From NCBI GenBank assembly GCA_020632925.1, contig JACKER010000007.1, forward strand, positions 308,910 through 372,909: a DNA stretch of 64,000 bases. The letters run 5' to 3'. This document shows positions 58,089 to 64,000 of the stretch, piece after piece. The translations under genes were made by a program, and so were the position numbers. Every line of letters starts with the position of its first letter. Position 1 is the stretch's first letter. The notes beneath the pieces are model-generated. The model had not been told where the DNA came from and ran no database searches. It saw nothing but the letters and a program-made list of their open reading frames with translations. The DNA comes from Alphaproteobacteria bacterium (GTDB taxonomy: Bacteria; Myxococcota_A; UBA796; GCA-2862545).

Positions 58089-58978
58089 GCGGAGTGTCCA
58101 GGGAGGGTGAGCGCCGCGGGCTTCACCTCGTGGATCCTCGAGAAGTCCACGAATCGCTCGCCGTTGGCATCGGTACCGAACAGGTCGACGAACTTGTACC
58201 CGAAGCGGATCTCGTCGGCCTGCCAGAGGTGGCGCGCGTGGACGGAGGACGCGAGCGAGTCGTCGATGCCCGTCAGCGTGACGATGAGCATGGTCCGCTC
58301 CCGAGCGAAGTCCGCTGGACCCTTGCCCCACATGGGGCTGCTCTCGTCGATCGGGTGGTAGACCACCCAGGACACGCCGAACATCGGGCTCGTCCGGCGA
58401 CGAACGGGCAGGTCGTAGATCCGGCGCACCGTCTCGCCGTCCGCCAGCACCTCCTCGCGGGTCAGGCTGAACGTGACCGTGGCCTCGACGATGGCGGTGG
58501 ACCGCGCGTTCGCGCAGCGGAACATCAGGGTCGGCACCCCCTCGATGTCCGCGACCACGCAGGTCTCGCTGAAGGCCACGCGGGCGGACGGCGTGCTGAA
58601 CTTCCCGTAGAAGACGCCGGTGACGACGGCGGTGTACACCACGCCGACGAAGCTCTCGAGCGTCACGATGGCGTGGGACAGCCAGTCGTCGGGCGACAGG
58701 CCGCCGTACCCGATGGTCGCCATGGTCTGGACCGAGAAGTAGAACCGCGGCCAGAAGCCCGGCTCCGCGCCGGTGATCGCCGCCCCCGTCACCCAGAGCA
58801 GCAGACCGAAGAAGCCGTTCAGCGCGAGGTAGATCAGGAGGAAGACCAGCGTCAGCTGACCCCAGGAGAGCGTGCGCAGGGCGTGGTACCCGTCGGTCCC
58901 GAGCCGCGTCCACAGCCGATCGTCGACGCCGGCACGGCGGATGGCGAACACGTTCTTGGGGCCGGTCGTGGCCTGCAT
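58085..58978 (-). CDS. Inward-rectifier-type potassium channel (Kir-like)
   Basis: TIGYG selectivity filter. 2 TM plus a cytoplasmic Ig-like domain. 297 aa. Confidence 0.75.
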   Translation of the reverse strand: MQATTGPKNVFAIRRAGVDDRLWTRLGTDGYHALRTLSWGQLTLVFLLIYLALNGFFGLLLWVTGAAITGAEPGFWPRFYFSVQTMATIGYGGLSPDDWLSHAIVTLESFVGVVYTAVVTGVFYGKFSTPSARVAFSETCVVADIEGVPTLMFRCANARSTAIVEATVTFSLTREEVLADGETVRRIYDLPVRRRTSPMFGVSWVVYHPIDESSPMWGKGPADFARERTMLIVTLTGIDDSLASSVHARHLWQADEIRFGYKFVDLFGTDANGERFVDFSRIHEVKPAALTLPGHSA

Positions 58979-58995
58979 CGGTCGGCGGCGCTCGC

Positions 58996-59592
58996 TCACG
59001 TCGGACCTCGCTTCAGCCCCACGCCACGGCCGTCGATGCGATGCAGCAGGTCGTCCACCATGCGCAGCGTCAGACCCCAGAGCCGCGGGTGCGACAGCCC
59101 CCGGAGCTCGACCGCGGGAAGCGTCAGGCGCTGGTCTCCGCGCTCCCAGGTCATCGTCGTGCGGCCCTCGCCCGAGAGCAGGTCGGACAGCGCGACGGTG
59201 TGCGTCCCCGCCACCTCCGAGGGGTTGGGGCGCAGCGGGGGCAGCTGGCCGGGGAGGAGGAAGACGTAGGGCCGGATGACCATCCCGGGGCGTCCCCCGA
59301 CCGCGGCCAGGTCGTCGAGTCGGCCGAGCAGCTGCGCGTCGTGCAGATCGAGCCCGACCTCCTCCACCGTCTCGCGCCTCGCCGCGTCGAGGGGTTCCTC
59401 TTCGGGCTCCACGCGACCACCCGGGAACGACAGGTGGCCGGACCACGGGTCGTTCGGATGCTCGGTTCGCTTCAGCAGCAACAAGTCCAGGTCCGCCGTG
59501 AAGATGGCCGATACGGCTGCCCAACCGGCGGTCGGTCGGAGCGACGTCACCGGGCGGGACAGAGCTTCACGAAGGGTCTCGGACGTGGTCAT
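58996..59592 (-). CDS. NUDIX hydrolase (CoA pyrophosphatase-like)
   Basis: Nudix box GHLSFPGGRVEPEEEPLDAARRETVEEVG. LLLKR upstream motif typical of NudL. Confidence 0.7.
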   Translation of the reverse strand: MTTSETLREALSRPVTSLRPTAGWAAVSAIFTADLDLLLLKRTEHPNDPWSGHLSFPGGRVEPEEEPLDAARRETVEEVGLDLHDAQLLGRLDDLAAVGGRPGMVIRPYVFLLPGQLPPLRPNPSEVAGTHTVALSDLLSGEGRTTMTWERGDQRLTLPAVELRGLSHPRLWGLTLRMVDDLLHRIDGRGVGLKRGPT

Positions 59593-59640
59593 GGTGCGGG
59601 GAGTATGGGTTAAGGTTCGCCGGCGCGCCCGGAGCGGTTC

Positions 59641-60426
59641 TTGAGCAGCACCGATCTCATCGACGAAGAGAAGCCCGCGACCGGGATGGGCGCCTGGTTC
59701 GTGGAGGTGCTGCGCACCTGGATGCCCGCCATCCTCGCCGTGCTCCTCATCCGGACGTTCATCTTCGAGCCGTTCCGTATCCCGTCGGGGTCGATGATCC
59801 CCACGCTCCTGATCGGCGACCACGTGGTGGTGAACAAGGCGAGCTACGGGCTGTGGGTGCCGTACACGCTGGTCGAGGTGCCCTTCATGGAGAGCGCCTG
59901 GATCGTGCCCCGGTTCGAGCTGCTGGACCTCGGCGACCCCGCGCGCGGCGACATCATCGTGTTCCGCTTCCCCGAGAACGAGGCCCTGAACTACATCAAG
60001 CGCGTCGTCGCGATCCCGGGCGACAAGATCCAGGTCAAGAACAACCAGATCTTCCTCAACGGTGTGGCGCAGGAGCGGAAGTACCTCGACCGGTACGAGT
60101 CGATCGACGACAGCTGCAACGTCACCTCGACCAAGCGGTACCTCGAGAACCTCGACGGCCTCGAGCACTACAACCTGACCAACGCGGGCGGAGGCGGGCC
60201 GCTGGCCAACTGGCCCCGCGACGGCAGCGAGTTCACGGTGCCCGAGGGCAACGTCTTCGTGATGGGCGACAACCGCGACAACAGCGAGGACGGCCGCCGC
60301 TGGGGCACCGTGCGGTACGACCAGATCAAGGGCAAGGCGCACTTCGTGTGGTTCTCCTGGGACAGCTGCGAGCAGAAGGTCCGCGCGAACCGGTTCTTCA
60401 AGTCGCTGTACAAGCTGACGGAGTAG
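59641..60426 (+). CDS. lepB: Signal peptidase I
   Basis: SGSMIPTLLIGD (Ser box) and VMGDNRDNSEDGRRWG motifs. TTG start per the ORF track. Confidence 0.8.
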   Translation: MSSTDLIDEEKPATGMGAWFVEVLRTWMPAILAVLLIRTFIFEPFRIPSGSMIPTLLIGDHVVVNKASYGLWVPYTLVEVPFMESAWIVPRFELLDLGDPARGDIIVFRFPENEALNYIKRVVAIPGDKIQVKNNQIFLNGVAQERKYLDRYESIDDSCNVTSTKRYLENLDGLEHYNLTNAGGGGPLANWPRDGSEFTVPEGNVFVMGDNRDNSEDGRRWGTVRYDQIKGKAHFVWFSWDSCEQKVRANRFFKSLYKLTE

Positions 60427-60457
60427 GGGGTTAGGCGGGTGGGCCCGGAGGTCCCGC

Positions 60458-63400
60458 TTGCTCTTGTTCGCTCCCGCGCTCGCCCTCGCCGAGCCCGCCT
60501 ACGTCCAGACCCCCGATCTGCACGGCGACACCGCGGTCTTCGCCGTCGCTGGTGACCTGTGGCTGGCCGACGTGAAGACGGGCGAGACCCGCCCGCTCAC
60601 CACTCACCCCGGGATCGAGTCCTGGCCGCAGTTCTCGCCCGACGGGGCCTGGGTGGCGTACAGCGCGATGTACGACGGCAACGTCGACGTCTTCGCGATC
60701 CGCGTCGAGGGCGGCGAGCCGGTCCGGCTGACCTGGCACCCGGCCTACGAGCAGGTCGTCGGCTTCACGCCCCAGGGCGACGTGCTCTTCCGGTCCTCGG
60801 CGCTGCAGGAGAACGGGAGCGCCGAGATCTGGAAGGTGCCCGTCACCGGCGGCGAGCCCGAGCGGCTGCCCATCGGCTTCGCGGCGCAGCTCGCCATCGA
60901 TCCGACCTCGGGGATGTGGGCCTTCGAGCGGCTGGGGTACGACTACCGCACCTGGAAGCGGTACCGCGGGGGACGCGCGGGCGACCTGTGGATCGGCGAT
61001 CCGGGGAAGGGGGACTACCGCCAGCTCACCACGACGGAGCATGGCGAGGGCTTCCCCATGTGGCACGACGGGAAGGTGTACTTCCTGTCGGACCAGGGAG
61101 GCACGGCCGACCTGTGGTCGATGAAGCCCGACGGGACCGCGCTCGCGCGCCACACCGACAGCGGCGACTGGGACGCGCGCACGCCGTCCATGAGCGACGA
61201 CGGCCGCATCGTCTACGTCCGCGCCGGCGACCTGATGGTGTGGGACCCGAAGACCGACAAGGCGGCCGCCGTGCCGCTGGACCTGAAGGCCGAGCGGTCG
61301 CTCACCCGCCCGCGGCACCCCTGGGCGATGCGCGACACGAGCTGGTGGACGCTGTCTCCGGAGGGTGACCGCCTCATGGTGGTCGCGCGCGGCGAGGCGT
61401 TCTCCCTGCCCGTCGAGGAGGGTCCGACGCTCCCGGTGACGCGGACCTCCGGCGCGCGGGAGAGCTGGGTGACCTACTCGCCCGACGGCAAGCGCGTGGT
61501 CTACGTGACCGACGCGAGCGGCGAGGAGGCCATCGTCACCGCGGACGCCTGGGGCCGCGGGAACGAGAAGACGGTGGTGCCGGCGGGCACGTCGGGGTGG
61601 CACTTCTGGCCGTCGTGGTCCCCGGACGGCAAGCGCATCGCGTACGCCGATCAGACGCAGACGCTCTACGTCGTGCCCGCGGACGGCGGCACTCCGGTGA
61701 CCGTGGACCGCGGGCAGCAGCAGGAGATCCGCGACTACGTGTGGAGTCCCGACGGTCGCTTCCTGGCGTACACCCGCGATCAGCGCGCGGGGTACCAGGC
61801 GGTCTTCGTGTGGGACAGCAGGGACGGCAAGACCCACCAGGTCACCGCGCCGACCACCTCCGACCACTCGCCGGCCTGGGATCCGCAGGGGCGGTACCTG
61901 TACTTCGTCAGTGATCGGGCCACGAACCCGCACATCGGTGAGCGCGACTTCCAGGTGACCGAGTCCGGCACCAGCGTGCTCGTCATGACCCTGCTCCGCC
62001 CCGACGTGGAGGACCCGTTCGCCCAGGACGCCGGTCTGCCCGGTGCCGAGCCGCCGATCGTGATCGAGAAGCGGAAGAAGAAGAAGAAGCGGCAGAAGGA
62101 GGAGGGGGACGCCGACGACGACGGCTCGCGCTTCGAGATCGCGTGGGACGGGCTGGTGGACCGCCAGATCACGCTGGACGTGCCGAACGGCACCTACTTC
62201 TCGCTGGCGGCCACCGACGACGCGCTGTTCTACGTGTCGTACACCGGCGGGGGCTTCCGGGACGACGGCGCGATGTCGCTGAAGGCCTTCGACCTCGAGG
62301 ACGAGGAGGTCGCGGAGGTCGCCTCGGGCATCAGCGGGTACGAGCTGGCCGCCAACCGCGAGAAGATGGTCATCGCCAAGTGGCAGAGCTGGTACGTCGT
62401 GGACGCGCGGCCGGGGCCCGCGGACTTCTCGGACAGCGTGGTCGACACCTCGGGCATCGACATCCAGCTCGACCCCCGCGAGGAGTGGCGCCAGATCTAC
62501 TTCGAGGCCTGGCGCCACATGCGCGACTTCTTCTGGGACCGCGACATGGGCGGGCTGGACTGGGTGAAGGTGCGTGATCAGTACGCGACGCTGCTGCCAC
62601 GCCTGTCCTCGCGGTCCGAGCTGTCGGACCTCCTCGGCGAGCTGATCGGGGAGCTCGGGACCTCGCACACCTACGTGGGTGGCGGCGATGCCTCGCTGCG
62701 CATCGACTGGGAGCCGGCGGGGCTGCTGGGGGCGGAGCTCGTCCGCGAGGGCGACGCGTACCGCGTGGTGCGGATCTGGAAGGCGGACCCGGCGGACGAG
62801 CTCGACTCGCCGCTGCTCCGGCCCGGCCAGGAGGTGAAGGAGGGCGAGTACATCGTGGGGGTCGCGCACCGCCCGCTGCAGGCCGGTCGCCCGATCTGGG
62901 CGGAGCTCGAGGGCAAGGCCGACGTGCCCGTGGTCCTCCAGGTGAACAGCCGCCCGAGCTTCCAGGGCGCGCGCACGGTCGTCGTGACGCCGCTGCGCAA
63001 CGACTACGACCTGCGCCACGCCGACTGGGTGCGGCGCAACCGGGAGGCCGTCGCGGCGCGCACGGACGGCAAGATCGGGTACCTCCACATCCCCGACATG
63101 GGGGCTGCCGGCCTGATGGCCTTCGAGACCTGGTACTACGCCCAGCTCGACAAGGAGGGGCTGATCGTCGACTGCCGCTGGAACCGCGGCGGCTGGGCGA
63201 GCCAGCTCATGCTCCAGCGCCTCGCGCGTCGCCCGATCGGCTTCAACCGGGCGGCCGGCGGCGGGGTGGAGGTGTTCCCGGCGGGGACGCTCAATGGCCC
63301 GTTCGTGGTGCTCACGAACGAGTTCGCCGGCTCGGACGGTGACATCTTCCCGAAGTCCATCCAAGAGCTGAAGCTCGCGCCGGTGATCGGGATGCGGAGC

Positions 63401-63700
63401 TGGGGTGGGGTGGTCGGGATCCGCGCCGACAAGCCGCTCGTGGACGGCGGCTTCCTCAGCCAGCCGGAGTACGCGTTCTGGTTCCGCAAGGGCGGCTGGG
63501 GCGTGGAGAACCACGGGGTGGACCCGGACGTGCTGGTGCAGAACATGCCCCAGGACCTGGCGAAGAACCTCGATCCGCAGCTGCAGCGCGCGATCGACGA
63601 GGTCCTGCGCCTGCACGAGCAGAACCCGCCGCTGAAGCCCGACTTCGAGACCGAGCCGACCAAGACGCGCGACGCGTTCCAGAAGGAGCTGCCGCAGTGA
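60458..63700 (+). CDS. Tricorn protease homolog (S41B, beta-propeller + PDZ + peptidase)
   Basis: 1080 aa. WD40-like propeller repeats (…WSPDGKRIAY…). C-terminal S41 peptidase region. TTG start with a short signal-like N-terminus. Confidence 0.7.
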   Translation: MLLFAPALALAEPAYVQTPDLHGDTAVFAVAGDLWLADVKTGETRPLTTHPGIESWPQFSPDGAWVAYSAMYDGNVDVFAIRVEGGEPVRLTWHPAYEQVVGFTPQGDVLFRSSALQENGSAEIWKVPVTGGEPERLPIGFAAQLAIDPTSGMWAFERLGYDYRTWKRYRGGRAGDLWIGDPGKGDYRQLTTTEHGEGFPMWHDGKVYFLSDQGGTADLWSMKPDGTALARHTDSGDWDARTPSMSDDGRIVYVRAGDLMVWDPKTDKAAAVPLDLKAERSLTRPRHPWAMRDTSWWTLSPEGDRLMVVARGEAFSLPVEEGPTLPVTRTSGARESWVTYSPDGKRVVYVTDASGEEAIVTADAWGRGNEKTVVPAGTSGWHFWPSWSPDGKRIAYADQTQTLYVVPADGGTPVTVDRGQQQEIRDYVWSPDGRFLAYTRDQRAGYQAVFVWDSRDGKTHQVTAPTTSDHSPAWDPQGRYLYFVSDRATNPHIGERDFQVTESGTSVLVMTLLRPDVEDPFAQDAGLPGAEPPIVIEKRKKKKKRQKEEGDADDDGSRFEIAWDGLVDRQITLDVPNGTYFSLAATDDALFYVSYTGGGFRDDGAMSLKAFDLEDEEVAEVASGISGYELAANREKMVIAKWQSWYVVDARPGPADFSDSVVDTSGIDIQLDPREEWRQIYFEAWRHMRDFFWDRDMGGLDWVKVRDQYATLLPRLSSRSELSDLLGELIGELGTSHTYVGGGDASLRIDWEPAGLLGAELVREGDAYRVVRIWKADPADELDSPLLRPGQEVKEGEYIVGVAHRPLQAGRPIWAELEGKADVPVVLQVNSRPSFQGARTVVVTPLRNDYDLRHADWVRRNREAVAARTDGKIGYLHIPDMGAAGLMAFETWYYAQLDKEGLIVDCRWNRGGWASQLMLQRLARRPIGFNRAAGGGVEVFPAGTLNGPFVVLTNEFAGSDGDIFPKSIQELKLAPVIGMRSWGGVVGIRADKPLVDGGFLSQPEYAFWFRKGGWGVENHGVDPDVLVQNMPQDLAKNLDPQLQRAIDEVLRLHEQNPPLKPDFETEPTKTRDAFQKELPQ

Positions 63701-63891
63701 CCCCGGACGAGCGCATCATGGAGCTCGAGATCAAGGTCGCGTTCCAGGACAAGCTGCTGGCCGACCTCGACGAGGTGGTGCGCCACCTCCGCGACCAGAT
63801 CGACACGCTGCGCGAGGAGCTCGCCACGCTCACCGAGTCGCTCCAGCCGCAGCGCGGCGAGATCGTCGACGAGAAGCCCCCGCACTGGTGA
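63697..63891 (+). CDS. slyX: SlyX-family protein
   Basis: ERIMELEIKVAFQDKLLADLDEVV…LREEL… matches SlyX coiled-coil proteins. GTGA overlap with the tricorn stop. Confidence 0.65.
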   Translation: MTPDERIMELEIKVAFQDKLLADLDEVVRHLRDQIDTLREELATLTESLQPQRGEIVDEKPPHW

Positions 63892-63898
63892 TTTGGGC

Positions 63899-63918
63899 TA
63901 CGGGCTACCGGCCAGAGG
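63899..63918. repeat. gggctacgggctaccggcc motif related to the inverted-repeat element at 31031-31294
   Basis: Shares the ggctacNgg core. Located in the intergenic region after slyX. Confidence 0.4.
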
Positions 63919-64000
63919 GGGACACGTAGGTCGTTCGCAACTTGATTGCGTCGCTGACCGCTCGTGCCAAGCGTCGACGAACGGGGTCCAAGTCAACAGC

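Noticed and set aside
63921-64000. Lower-GC 3'-terminal stretch considered as the start of a tRNA/ncRNA
   Set aside because: No recognisable tRNA 5' features. Too little sequence before the window ends to evaluate.
1-64000. CRISPR arrays, rRNA genes, integrase/transposase genes
   Set aside because: No spaced direct repeats of CRISPR type were found. No rRNA-like conserved low-GC segments. No protein with recombinase or transposase motifs was seen among the credible ORFs.

Overview
High-GC (~70%) gene-dense chromosomal segment, most likely Myxococcota. Three observations support that assignment. Many lipoproteins carry DCDD/DNDCDG cysteine-rich repeats. PEGA domains occur in four proteins. 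Several eukaryotic-like Ser/Thr kinases are each translationally coupled to small membrane proteins. I call about 60 protein-coding genes. GTG/TTG starts and 4-nt GTGA/ATGA stop-start overlaps are pervasive. The six-frame ORF track is dominated by spurious antisense and extended ORFs typical of high-GC DNA. No rRNA, tRNA or CRISPR array was found. Recognisable housekeeping or well-known genes include bfd-bfr, the aceB-aceA glyoxylate operon with a divergent RamB-like regulator, rlmD-pcp, lepB, a tricorn protease, slyX, an ATP-dependent DNA ligase, an L,D-transpeptidase, isolated OmpA-family proteins, a TonB-dependent receptor and an AAC(3)-like acetyltransferase. Six accessory features stand out. 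(1) At 1-5730 there is a diverged tandem duplication of a three-gene cassette: hypothetical 248-aa protein, protein with a C-terminal HExxH metallopeptidase-like domain, and lipoprotein. A truncated Hsp70 fragment sits at the duplication junction and a (CAG)n tract of variable length lies in the leaders. (2) At 49997-59592 a co-directional, partly translationally coupled 7-gene cluster reads NUDIX - Kir K+ channel - MtfA/M90-like Zn peptidase - ECF sigma - vWA anti-sigma - PEGA pseudokinase - TPR/PEGA-extended TonB-dependent receptor. (3) At 43465-49995 a tightly overlapped plus-strand cluster reads PSCyt1 lipoprotein - class V aminotransferase - micro-TM protein - TerC/DUF475 - DTW - membrane protein - TPP enzyme. 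(4) At 31031-31294 an imperfect inverted-repeat element is built from ggctacNgg-type motifs, and a related motif recurs at the window end. (5) Perfect palindromic operator-like sites lie upstream of a small acidic protein gene. (6) Short in-frame hairpin and hexanucleotide repeats occur inside two genes.
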